Of a stretch of DNA of 64,000 nucleotides, positions 19,525 through 28,444 are shown piece after piece. The position numbers and the translations under genes are program-made. The notes under the pieces were generated by a model that did no database searches, had not been told where the DNA came from, and saw only the letters and a list, made by a program, of their open reading frames with translations. Source of the DNA: Acutalibacteraceae bacterium (GTDB lineage Bacteria > Bacillota > Clostridia > Oscillospirales > Acutalibacteraceae); contig JAZNCS010000051.1 in the NCBI GenBank assembly GCA_045587685.1, positions 17,149 to 81,148 on the forward strand, given 5' to 3'. The stretch's first letter is position 1, and every line of letters begins with the position of its first letter.

Positions 19525-19637
19525 TCTTTTTGTGACCTGTCAAGCCTTGATGGGTCACTTTTTTATGTTTTAGAGCATTTTTTAGATAAAAAATGTGGAT
19601 TTTTGGGTGTTTTTATTGTTTTTTTAGCAGATTTGTG

Positions 19638-19666
19638 TTGACTTTTATGTTGTTTTTGTGTAAAAT
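19638..19666 (+). promoter_or_regulatory. putative promoter of the GRE operon (TTGACT-17-TAAAAT)
   Basis: Hexamer spacing read directly from the sequence. Confidence 0.45.
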
Positions 19667-19699
19667 AAAATTAACAATAGAGTGAGGAGGTATCTCTAA

Positions 19700-22228
19700 A
19701 TGTCACAATATTATACTAAAGATATTGAAAAATCAAGTCGTATTACGGCTCTAATAGATGCATTATTTGAAAATATGCCTCAAATCGAAGCGGACCGTGC
19801 AGTTTTACTTACTGAGTCTTACCGTGAAACTGAAGGTCAGCCTATAATTCTTCGTCGCGCTAAAGCTTTTGCTCATATATTAGAAAATATACCGATTACT
19901 ATTCGCCCTAACGAATTAATTGTCGGAAGTAATACAAAAGCCCCCCGTAGTTGTCAGGTTTTCCCTGAATATTCTTTCGAGTGGTTAGAGGATGAGTTTG
20001 ATACTGTTGCAACCCGTAGCGCTGACCCTTTTTATATTTCCGAAGAAACAAAGGCTATTTTAAAGGAAACCTATAAATATTGGAAAGGCAAAACTACCAG
20101 CGAACTTGCAACCGCTTATATGTCACCTGCGGCACTTACCGCGATTGACCATAATATATTCACCCCGGGTAACTATTTTTATAATGGTATCGGTCACGTT
20201 ACAGTTGACTATGGTAAGGTTTTAAAAATCGGTTATAAAGGAATTATTAAAGAGGCTAAAGAGGCTCTCTCTAAACTTAATGTTAGTGACAGCGACTATG
20301 CAAGACGCAGCAACTTCCTTAACTCTGTAATAATTAGTTGTGAGGCTGCTTCTGCTTACGCTAAACGCTATGCTGACCTTGCTAAAAAGGAAGCCAGTGA
20401 ATGTTCAAGCGAAGAACGCCGCAACGAACTTTTTGCTATTGCCGCAAACTGTTCTCGTGTTCCTGAAAACGGTGCAACTTCATTCTATGAAGCTTGTCAG
20501 TCTTTCTGGTTTATACAAATGCTTTTACAGACCGAATCAAGTGGTCACTCAATCTCTCCCGGTAGATTTGACCAATATATGTACCCTTACTACAAAGCTG
20601 ACCTTGAAAACGGTAAAATAACCCGCGAACAAGCACAAGAATATATTGACTGTATTTGGGTTAAACTTAACGACCTTAATAAGTGTCGTGATGCTGCATC
20701 GGCTGAAGGCTTTGCAGGTTACAGTTTGTTCCAAAACTTAATAGTTGGCGGACAAGATGAATTTGGTAGAGACGCTACAAACGATTTGTCTTTCATGTGT
20801 ATGAATGCAACAATGCACGTTATGCTTCCTCAGCCTTCTCTTTCAGTTCGCGTTTGGAATGGAACACCGCATGACTTTATGCTTAAGGCTGCTGAGGTTA
20901 CAAGAACAGGCGTAGGCCTCCCCGCTTACTACAATGATGAAGTTATCATCCCTGCTCTTCAAAATAGAGGTCTAACTTTACAGGATGCGCGTGACTACAA
21001 TATTATAGGTTGCGTTGAGCCGCAAAAATCAGCCAAGACTGACGGTTGGCACGATGCCGCATTCTTTAATATGTGCCGCCCACTTGAAATGGTATTCAGC
21101 AACGGTGTTGATAAGGGCGTTCAAATAGGCCCTCGCACAGGCGATGTTGCTAATATGAAGACCTTTGAAGAGTTTTATGATGCTTACAAAGCGCAAATGG
21201 TTTACTTTATTGAGTTACTTGTAAACGCTGATAACGCGATTGACTTAGCTCACGCTGAGCGTTGCCCACTTCCTTTCCAATCTTGTATGGTTGAAGATTG
21301 TATCGGCAGAGGTAAGAGTTTACAAGAAGGCGGCGCTATTTACAACTTCACCGGTCCTCAAGGTTTCGGTATTGCAAATATGGCTGACGCACTTACCGCT
21401 GTTAAAACTCTTGTTTTCGAACAAAAGAAATTATCACTTCAAGAATTTAAAGAAGCGCTCGATAATAACTACGGTAAAGATATGGATGTTCGTACCGCGG
21501 AAAAACTTACAAAACAGGTTGCTTCTCAACTTGTTGAAAGCGGTAAAACATTAACTGCCGATGATGTTAAAAACATTTATCTTGCAGTTTCACAAAATCC
21601 TTGTTCAGATGAGCAAAAAGCAAAATATCAAAAATTGCTTGATGAAATTGAAGCGTTGCCAAAATTCGGTAACGATATTCCTGAAATTGATAGTTTTGCT
21701 CGCGATGTTGCTTATACATATACAAGACCTATTGAAAAATATAGAAACCCACGTGGTGGTATTTACCAAGCAGGTCTTTATCCTGTTTCAGCAAACGTTC
21801 CTTTGGGCGCTCAAACAGGCGCTACACCTGACGGCCGTTTAGCATTTACCCCTGTAGCAGATGGTGTTTCCCCTGCAGCAGGTCGCGACATTAAAGGTCC
21901 AACCGCTTCGGCTAACTCGGTTTCAAGACTTGACCATTATATTGCTTCTAACGGAACATTATTTAATATGAAGTTCCACCCAAGTGCACTTGCAGGTAGA
22001 AGCGGTCTTGAAAGTTTCGTAGCATTAGTTCGCGGATATTTCGACCAAAAAGGCAGCCACGTTCAATTTAACGTTGTTAGCCGCGAAACCTTACGCGATG
22101 CTCAAGCCAACCCTGAAAAATATAAATCCTTGGTAGTTCGTGTTGCGGGTTACAGTGCTTTGTTCACTACCCTTTCCCGTTCTTTACAAGATGATATTAT
22201 TAACCGTACCGAGCAAGGAGGATTTTAA
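19700..22228 (+). CDS. glycyl radical enzyme, diol-dehydratase-like (PFL2 family)
   Basis: 842 aa. Glycyl radical motif VVRVAGYSALF (Gly817), Cys loop IIGCVEPQ (Cys438, Glu440). Confidence 0.9.
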   Translation: MSQYYTKDIEKSSRITALIDALFENMPQIEADRAVLLTESYRETEGQPIILRRAKAFAHILENIPITIRPNELIVGSNTKAPRSCQVFPEYSFEWLEDEFDTVATRSADPFYISEETKAILKETYKYWKGKTTSELATAYMSPAALTAIDHNIFTPGNYFYNGIGHVTVDYGKVLKIGYKGIIKEAKEALSKLNVSDSDYARRSNFLNSVIISCEAASAYAKRYADLAKKEASECSSEERRNELFAIAANCSRVPENGATSFYEACQSFWFIQMLLQTESSGHSISPGRFDQYMYPYYKADLENGKITREQAQEYIDCIWVKLNDLNKCRDAASAEGFAGYSLFQNLIVGGQDEFGRDATNDLSFMCMNATMHVMLPQPSLSVRVWNGTPHDFMLKAAEVTRTGVGLPAYYNDEVIIPALQNRGLTLQDARDYNIIGCVEPQKSAKTDGWHDAAFFNMCRPLEMVFSNGVDKGVQIGPRTGDVANMKTFEEFYDAYKAQMVYFIELLVNADNAIDLAHAERCPLPFQSCMVEDCIGRGKSLQEGGAIYNFTGPQGFGIANMADALTAVKTLVFEQKKLSLQEFKEALDNNYGKDMDVRTAEKLTKQVASQLVESGKTLTADDVKNIYLAVSQNPCSDEQKAKYQKLLDEIEALPKFGNDIPEIDSFARDVAYTYTRPIEKYRNPRGGIYQAGLYPVSANVPLGAQTGATPDGRLAFTPVADGVSPAAGRDIKGPTASANSVSRLDHYIASNGTLFNMKFHPSALAGRSGLESFVALVRGYFDQKGSHVQFNVVSRETLRDAQANPEKYKSLVVRVAGYSALFTTLSRSLQDDIINRTEQGGF

Positions 22229-23022
22229 TGGACGAAAATTATTTGTCGGTTAAAGGCAGAATTTTCGATATCCAACGCTTCTCCACACACGATGGCCCCG
22301 GTATAAGAACTATCGTTTTTTTAAAGGGATGTTCTTTAAGGTGCCGTTGGTGTTGTAATCCTGAATCACAGTCTTACCAAATTGAAGAAATGATTCAAGG
22401 TGGAAAAACAAAAATAATCGGTAAAGATGTAACGGTTAAAGAAGTGCTTGATGAAGTAATATGCGATAGACCTTATTACAAACATTCAGGCGGCGGCGTT
22501 ACCCTTTCAGGTGGCGAATGCTTAAACCAACCCGAATTTGCAGCAGCGATTTTAAAAGCTTGTAAAGATGTTGGTCTTTCAACCGCAATAGAATCTACGG
22601 GTTTCGCTAAACCCGAGGTTATTGAAAAACTTTTACCTTATTTAGATTATTATTTAATGGATATCAAACACACCGATAGTAATAAACATAAAGAATTCAC
22701 TACTCAACCTAACGAGTTAATACTTGAAAACGCAAAATACATTGCAAGTAGATTAGGTGAAAGACTTATTATTCGTGTGCCGGTTATTCCAACCTTTAAC
22801 GATACCGAAAGTGAAATAGCAAATATTGCCTCTTTTGCCGCTTCGCTTAACGGTGTTCGCGAAATACACCTTCTCCCATATCACAGAATGGGTAAGGATA
22901 AGTACGATGGTCTTAACCGTCCGTACTTAATGGGAGACATTCCTTCTCCTACAAACGAAAAAATGCAATCGTTAATCCAAGTTGCAAAATCCTACGGATT
23001 AACAGTACATATGGGAGGTTAA
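22228..23022 (+). CDS. glycyl-radical enzyme activating enzyme (radical SAM)
   Basis: 264 aa. FSTHDGPGIRT, CSLRCRWCCNPE. Start overlaps the GRE stop. Confidence 0.9.
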   Translation: MDENYLSVKGRIFDIQRFSTHDGPGIRTIVFLKGCSLRCRWCCNPESQSYQIEEMIQGGKTKIIGKDVTVKEVLDEVICDRPYYKHSGGGVTLSGGECLNQPEFAAAILKACKDVGLSTAIESTGFAKPEVIEKLLPYLDYYLMDIKHTDSNKHKEFTTQPNELILENAKYIASRLGERLIIRVPVIPTFNDTESEIANIASFAASLNGVREIHLLPYHRMGKDKYDGLNRPYLMGDIPSPTNEKMQSLIQVAKSYGLTVHMGG

Positions 23023-23025
23023 TTT

Positions 23026-23397
23026 ATGGCTTTTGATTCTATTAACGACCAAAACAAGACAAGAATTATTCAAGAGCTTGTTCCCGGTAAACAAATCACA
23101 TTAGCCCATATAATTGCTAACCCTGATGAAGTTCTTTATCAAAAGTTAGGTCTTGACCCCGCAAAGAACCACGCAGGCGCAATTGGTATTCTAACCTTAA
23201 GCCCAAGCGAAACCGCAATTATTGCAGGCGATATTTCTCTAAAGGCTTCGGGTGTTGAACTTGGATTTGTAGACCGTTTTAGCGGAACCGTTATTGTAAC
23301 AGGAAGCGTTTCACAGGTTGAAGCTTCACTTGCAGCAGTTACGGAATACGCTATTCAAAAACTTGGCTTTTCAGTTTGTGAGATTACACGCACATGA
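23026..23397 (+). CDS. PduU/EutS-type circularly permuted BMC shell protein
   Basis: RIIQELVPGKQITLAHIIANP ... GFVDRFSGTVIVTGSVSQVEASL. Confidence 0.8.
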   Translation: MAFDSINDQNKTRIIQELVPGKQITLAHIIANPDEVLYQKLGLDPAKNHAGAIGILTLSPSETAIIAGDISLKASGVELGFVDRFSGTVIVTGSVSQVEASLAAVTEYAIQKLGFSVCEITRT

Positions 23398-23864
23398 GCA
23401 AACGGCTTTTACTTATAGGCCGCAGCGGTTGCGGTAAAACCTCCCTAACTCAAGCATTAAAGGGCGAAACAGTTACCTATCACAAAACACAATATGTAAA
23501 TTACGGTGATGTTCTTATTGACACACCCGGCGAGTATGCCGAAAACCACAATTTAGGTTGCGCTTTAGCTTTATACTCTTACGAAGCCGATGTTGTTGCA
23601 CTTCTTATAGCAGCAAATGATGATTATTCCCTATTTCCGCCTTGCATTACCTGTCTTGTTAACCGCGAGGTAATAGGAATTGTCACCAAAATCGACAAAG
23701 CTGATCCAAAACGCGCTGAAAATTGGTTGCGACTTTCGGGGTGTAAAACCGTTTTTCATGTCAATTCTTTGACCGGTGAAGGTGTTACTGATGTATTAAA
23801 CCACATCGAAAACAACAAAAACCCAAAAAAAGTTGACAAAAAACAAGAAAAAACCAACATTTAA
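23394..23864 (+). CDS. EutP/PduV family small GTPase
   Basis: P-loop GRSGCGKTSL, DTPGEY, TKID. Confidence 0.8.
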   Translation: MSKRLLLIGRSGCGKTSLTQALKGETVTYHKTQYVNYGDVLIDTPGEYAENHNLGCALALYSYEADVVALLIAANDDYSLFPPCITCLVNREVIGIVTKIDKADPKRAENWLRLSGCKTVFHVNSLTGEGVTDVLNHIENNKNPKKVDKKQEKTNI

Positions 23865-23866
23865 TG

Positions 23867-23895
23867 TTGACTTGTGATAAAAACTGTGTTATAAT
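23867..23895 (+). promoter_or_regulatory. internal consensus promoter TTGACT-17-TATAAT ahead of the aldolase gene
   Basis: Read directly from the sequence. Lies in the 78 nt gap after pduV. Confidence 0.5.
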
Positions 23896-23942
23896 TAAGA
23901 TGTCAAAAAAGTATATTATTATGCAAAGGAGAAAAATGCATT

Positions 23943-24737
23943 ATGGTAAATGAGTACGAAATTAAAAAACAAATTTGCGAAATCGGTAAGCGTATCTATG
24001 ACAGAGGAATGGTTGCTTCTAACGATGGTAACATCTCTGTAAAGCTTAACGATAACGAATTTCTTTGCACCCCTACAGGTGTTAGTAAGGGCTTTATGAC
24101 CCCTGAATACATTTGTAAGGTTGACAAAGACGGTAAGGTTTTACAAGCAAATCCTGGCTTTAAACCTTCTTCAGAGATTAAGATGCACATGCGTGTATAC
24201 AAAGAGCGTCCTGATGTTAATTCAGTAGTTCACGCTCACCCAATGTATGCTACTGGCTTCGCTATCGCTGGTATCCCACTTACACAACCTATTATGCCTG
24301 AAGCTGTTATCGCTTTAGGATGTGTTCCAATCGCTAAATACGGTACACCTTCTACCGAAGAAATTCCAGACGCAGTTTCTGAACACTTACAACATTTTGA
24401 TGCTGTATTACTTGAGAACCACGGCGCACTCGCTTTCTCAGACAGCCTTTTAAATGCTTATCATAAGATGGAATCAGTTGAATTCTATGCTCAACTTCTC
24501 TTCATCTCTAAACAATTAGGCGGTCCTAAGGAACTTTCTGATTCACAAGTTCAAAGACTTTATGAAATCCGCCGTCAATTTGGTCTCCCAGGCAAACACC
24601 CTGCAAACCTTTGTCCTAACAAGAAGGCAGGTCTTCCAAGTTGCCACGGCTGCAACGGTAGTTGCAACCACTCTTCTAACGAAGGTGATTTAGTTTCTGA
24701 AATTACAAAGCGCGTTTTAGAACAGCTTGGTAAATAA
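23943..24737 (+). CDS. class II aldolase (L-fuculose/rhamnulose-phosphate aldolase-like) with a C-terminal extension
   Basis: GNISVK, HAHP, ENHGAL motifs. About 45 aa Cys/His-rich linker, then an amphipathic tail DLVSEITKRVLEQLGK. Confidence 0.85.
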   Translation: MVNEYEIKKQICEIGKRIYDRGMVASNDGNISVKLNDNEFLCTPTGVSKGFMTPEYICKVDKDGKVLQANPGFKPSSEIKMHMRVYKERPDVNSVVHAHPMYATGFAIAGIPLTQPIMPEAVIALGCVPIAKYGTPSTEEIPDAVSEHLQHFDAVLLENHGALAFSDSLLNAYHKMESVEFYAQLLFISKQLGGPKELSDSQVQRLYEIRRQFGLPGKHPANLCPNKKAGLPSCHGCNGSCNHSSNEGDLVSEITKRVLEQLGK

Positions 24738-24748
24738 GAGGTGGCACT

Positions 24749-25231
24749 ATGGATGAACAAGCCCTGCGTTCAATAGTTGAAGCGGTTGTTGAAAAAGTTA
24801 AACCGCAAAACGAAATAACGCTTAAGGCTGCGCTTCGTCTGGCAGAAAAGGTAAAAGCCAAGGCAAGAGAAATGGGCGTAAATGCTGTGGTTGCAATTTC
24901 CAACCGTTCAGCAAGACCTATTTTAGTTGAATGTATGGATGATTCGTACATAGCCAGTTACGATATTGCAGTCGGCAAGGCGTTTACCGTAGTTTCATTA
25001 AAAATGTCCACTTCTAAACTTAAAACCCTTGCTCAACCGGGTGGCTCACTTTACGGAATACAATTTACTAATGATAATAAAATTGTTATTTTCGGCGGTG
25101 GCGAACCTTTATACGATTCCTACGGAAATATTGTAGGCGGACTTGGAGTAAGCGGTGGCAGTGAAGAACAGGACACTGCTCTTGCTGAATATGGCAAGGA
25201 AATATTTGAAAACAGCGGAGGCAAACACTAA
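24749..25231 (+). CDS. DUF336 (GlcG / PduO C-terminal domain-like, haem-binding family) protein
   Basis: 160 aa. ..VAISNRSARPIL.., GGLGVSGGSEEQD. Confidence 0.7.
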   Translation: MDEQALRSIVEAVVEKVKPQNEITLKAALRLAEKVKAKAREMGVNAVVAISNRSARPILVECMDDSYIASYDIAVGKAFTVVSLKMSTSKLKTLAQPGGSLYGIQFTNDNKIVIFGGGEPLYDSYGNIVGGLGVSGGSEEQDTALAEYGKEIFENSGGKH

Positions 25232-26427
25232 TGGATATAAATTCTCAAAATATTGAAGTTATCGTTCGCCAAGTTTTAGAAGGTATGAAGGGCAACGCTG
25301 CTCCTTCTGCTTCAAACGGCAACATTCCTTCAAAATGCCGTGTCGCTATGCTTACAAAACTCGAAAACTTTGACCTTAAAGAATATCCAATCCCTGAAAT
25401 CGGTGATGATGATATTTTAGTTAAGGTTGAAGGCTGCGGTGTTTGTGGTACTGACGCACACGAATTTAAAAGAGACCCATTCGGTTTAATTCCTGTTGCC
25501 CTCGGTCACGAAGGTACAGGCGAAATCGTTAAGATGGGTAAAAATGTTAAGGTAGACTCTGCAGGTAAACCTTTAAATATAGGTGATAAAGTTGTTACCT
25601 GTATGATTTTCAAGGATAATCCTGACATTACAATGTTCGACCTTAATAAGCAAAACGTTGGCGGTGCTGATGTTTATGGTCTTCTTCCTGATGACGATAT
25701 TCATCTTAACGGCTGGTTTGCTGATTATATGGTAATTCGCGGTGGTTCAACAGTATTTAATGTTAGCGACCTCGACTTAGATTCACGTATTCTTATCGAA
25801 CCTTGTGCAGTTTTAATTCACGCTGTAGAACGCGCAAAGACCACCGGTATTTTACGTTTTAACAGCCGTGTAGTTGTTCAAGGTTGCGGACCTATCGGTC
25901 TTATTTGTATCGCAATCCTTCGCACAATGGGTGTTGAAAACATTGTTGCGGTTGATGGTGATGAAAAGCGTCTCGCTTTTGCTAAAGAAATGGGCGCTAA
26001 TACATCAGTTAACTTTAAAGAACATAAAGGCATTGAAGCTTTGGCTGGCGCAGTACAAAATGCTTTCGGCGGTTATCTTGCTGACTTTGCTTTCCAATGC
26101 ACAGGTTCACCTATAGCTCACGCTAACATTTACAAGTTTATCCGCAACGGCGGTGGCTTGTGTGAACTTGGTTTCTTCATTAACGGTGGCGATGCTACAA
26201 TCAATCCACACTTTGACATTTGCGCAAAAGAAATTACAACTGTTGGTTCTTGGGTATACACACTTCGTGACTATGCTACAACCTTTGATTTCTTAAAACG
26301 CGCTAAAGGTATTGGATTACCGATTGAAAAGCTTATAACCCACAAATTCCCTCTTGAACAAATCAACGAAGCATTAGAGACTAACTTGAAAATGGAAGGT
26401 CTCAAGATTGCTATCGTTAATAAATAA
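25231..26427 (+). CDS. zinc-dependent medium-chain alcohol dehydrogenase with an N-terminal extension
   Basis: GCGVCGTDAHEF, GHEGTGEIV, VQGCGPIGL. About 35 aa N-terminal extension. Confidence 0.85.
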   Translation: MDINSQNIEVIVRQVLEGMKGNAAPSASNGNIPSKCRVAMLTKLENFDLKEYPIPEIGDDDILVKVEGCGVCGTDAHEFKRDPFGLIPVALGHEGTGEIVKMGKNVKVDSAGKPLNIGDKVVTCMIFKDNPDITMFDLNKQNVGGADVYGLLPDDDIHLNGWFADYMVIRGGSTVFNVSDLDLDSRILIEPCAVLIHAVERAKTTGILRFNSRVVVQGCGPIGLICIAILRTMGVENIVAVDGDEKRLAFAKEMGANTSVNFKEHKGIEALAGAVQNAFGGYLADFAFQCTGSPIAHANIYKFIRNGGGLCELGFFINGGDATINPHFDICAKEITTVGSWVYTLRDYATTFDFLKRAKGIGLPIEKLITHKFPLEQINEALETNLKMEGLKIAIVNK

Positions 26428-26439
26428 GAGGTGTAATCA

Positions 26440-26754
26440 ATGGGAAAAGCAACCGGAATAATTGAAGTTTATGGTTTGGTGGCTGGATTTGTTGCTTGTG
26501 ACGCAGGTTGCAAAGCTGCAAATGTTACCGTTGAAAACTTTGATAAAAACAAGCCCGGAAACGCTGACGCTTTACCGGTTCCGCTTATTGTTACATTAAA
26601 ATTCAGAGGTACTGTTGATAATGTTACCGCAGCTGTTGAAGCTGCAAGAGAGGCTGCTGAACGTGTTTCAGGCGTTATCTCTACACACATTATCCCTAAC
26701 ACCGAATCTCAAACAGAACCGTTACTCAAGCTTAACGCTTTTGATAAAAATTAA
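26440..26754 (+). CDS. BMC-domain shell protein (divergent BMC-H)
   Basis: 104 aa. [24 protein letters not shown]. Confidence 0.75.
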   Translation: MGKATGIIEVYGLVAGFVACDAGCKAANVTVENFDKNKPGNADALPVPLIVTLKFRGTVDNVTAAVEAAREAAERVSGVISTHIIPNTESQTEPLLKLNAFDKN

Positions 26755-26780
26755 AACAAATCTATTGGAGGATAAATATT

Positions 26781-27056
26781 ATGTCTAAAGAAGCTCTTGG
26801 TATGGTAGAAACCCGCGGTCTTACCGCAGCAATCGAAGCAGCAGATGCAATGGTTAAAGCTGCTGAAGTAACTCTTATCGGTACTGAAAAAATCGGTTCC
26901 GGACTCGTATCTGTTATGGTACGTGGTGACGTAGGTGCAGTTAAAGCTGCTGTTGAAGCTGGTTCTTCTTCTGCTTCTAAACTCGGCGAATTAGTTGCTG
27001 TACACGTAATCCCAAGACCACACGCAGACGTTGAAAAGATTTTACCAAAACTCTAA
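26781..27056 (+). CDS. BMC-H shell protein (PduA/PduJ-like)
   Basis: [39 protein letters not shown]. Confidence 0.9.
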   Translation: MSKEALGMVETRGLTAAIEAADAMVKAAEVTLIGTEKIGSGLVSVMVRGDVGAVKAAVEAGSSSASKLGELVAVHVIPRPHADVEKILPKL

Positions 27057-27093
27057 TAGGTAAACATATAATCTCACTAAGGAGTTTTTTTCA

Positions 27094-27399
27094 ATGAAAT
27101 CTTTAGGACTAGTAGAGGTTTCTGGTGTAACTGCTGCTATTGACTGCCTTGATATTATGTGCAAATCCGCTGAAGTGGAATTTGTTACATGGGAACGTAA
27201 ACTTGGTGGTCGTTTAGTTACAGTTATAGTTCAAGGTAATATTTCTGCTGTTTCTGCAGCTGTTGAAAATGCAGTTGCAGGTTGTATTAAAAAGCCTTGT
27301 GCATATGCAGTTATTGCAAGTCCACACGAGGAAACAGAAAGAATACTTGAACTCAGCGCCTCAAGAATTAAGAAAAAAGCAGGTGTTGAAAATGGCTAA
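27094..27399 (+). CDS. BMC-H shell protein (divergent)
   Basis: [26 protein letters not shown]. Confidence 0.8.
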   Translation: MKSLGLVEVSGVTAAIDCLDIMCKSAEVEFVTWERKLGGRLVTVIVQGNISAVSAAVENAVAGCIKKPCAYAVIASPHEETERILELSASRIKKKAGVENG

Positions 27400-27466
27400 A
27401 GAACAAACAACTCCAGCCACAGAGCAAACTGCTCAGGATACTAAACCTGTAAAGGAGGTTAAAAAA

Positions 27467-27748
27467 ATGACACTTCAAGCACTCGGTATGGTTGAAACCA
27501 GAGGTTTAGTAGCTTCCATCGAAGCTGCTGATGCTATGGTTAAAGCTGCAAACGTTGAACTCATCGGTACTGAAAAAATCGGTTCCGGACTCGTATCTGT
27601 TATGGTACGTGGTGATGTTGGCGCTGTTAAGGCTGCTGTTGAAGCTGGTGCATCATCCGCTTCTAAACTCGGCGAATTAGTTGCTACTCACGTAATCCCA
27701 AGACCACACACAGATGTGGAGAAAATTTTACCCACTCTTAATAAATAA
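27467..27748 (+). CDS. BMC-H shell protein (PduA/PduJ-like), paralog 2
   Basis: Start placed at the ATG with an AAGGAGG RBS 8 nt upstream. The track ORF starts at 27263. The alternative ATG at 27392 would add a 25 aa Lys/Thr/Gln-rich extension. Confidence 0.85.
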   Translation: MTLQALGMVETRGLVASIEAADAMVKAANVELIGTEKIGSGLVSVMVRGDVGAVKAAVEAGASSASKLGELVATHVIPRPHTDVEKILPTLNK

Positions 27749-27774
27749 TTAAATTAATACAGGAGGAAACAAAA

Positions 27775-28053
27775 ATGGCACTCGAAGCATTAGGTATGGT
27801 TGAAACCAGAGGTTTAGTTGCTTCTATCGAAGCTGCTGATGCTATGGTTAAAGCTGCAAACGTTGAACTCATCGGTACTGAAAAAATCGGTTCCGGACTC
27901 GTATCTGTTATGGTACGTGGTGATGTTGGCGCTGTTAAGGCTGCTGTTGAAGCTGGTGCATCATCTGCTTCTAAACTTGGCGAATTAGTTGCTACTCACG
28001 TAATCCCAAGACCACACGCAGACGTGGAGAAAATTCTCCCTGTTTTAAAGTAA
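27775..28053 (+). CDS. BMC-H shell protein (PduA/PduJ-like), paralog 3
   Basis: Core residues 5-80 are identical to paralog 2. Confidence 0.9.
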   Translation: MALEALGMVETRGLVASIEAADAMVKAANVELIGTEKIGSGLVSVMVRGDVGAVKAAVEAGASSASKLGELVATHVIPRPHADVEKILPVLK

Positions 28054-28065
28054 TTTAAACTTTTT

Positions 28066-28094
28066 CGGCGGGAGGGCGTTTGCCTTCCCCGCCG
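28066..28094 (+). other. GC-rich 12 bp stem-loop inside the operon, no U-tract
   Basis: CGGCGGGAGGGC-GTTT-GCCTTCCCCGCCG (one bulged C). Lies between the shell-gene block and the pduN-like gene. Confidence 0.5.
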
Positions 28095-28162
28095 TAGCGT
28101 GACATTAAACGTAAAAAAGAATATTTTTTACACCAATCTTCAAGAAAGTTACGGTGAACAAT

Positions 28163-28444
28163 ATGTTCGTTGGAAAAGTTGTAGGAAGTATTGTTTCTAC
28201 ACGCAAAAATGAAAAGTTAATCGGCTGTAAATTTATGGTTGTTGAACCTTTAGAAAAATGGGGCAACTCAGCTGAAAAAATTATTACTATTGATAATGTT
28301 GGCGCCGGTATAGGCGAAATTGTTTTAGTTGCTACAGGCAGCGCTGCAAGAATCGGCTGTGATATGACCGACTCTCCTATTGATGCTGCTATTGTAGGTA
28401 TTGTAGATGATGGAATCGGATTAGCCGGAGTCGTTAAGAAATGA
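28163..28444 (+). CDS. BMC-P pentameric vertex protein (EutN/PduN/CcmL family)
   Basis: MFVGKVVGSIVSTRKNEKL.G.KFMVV. The track start at GTG 28154 is also possible. Confidence 0.85.
   Translation: MFVGKVVGSIVSTRKNEKLIGCKFMVVEPLEKWGNSAEKIITIDNVGAGIGEIVLVATGSAARIGCDMTDSPIDAAIVGIVDDGIGLAGVVKK

Noticed and set aside
27263-27466. Long 161 aa form of the fourth BMC-H gene
   Set aside because: The first 43 codons overlap the preceding BMC gene out of frame. A canonical AAGGAGG RBS precedes the ATG at 27467. The ATG at 27392 (25 aa extension, overlapping the upstream stop) remains a minor possibility.
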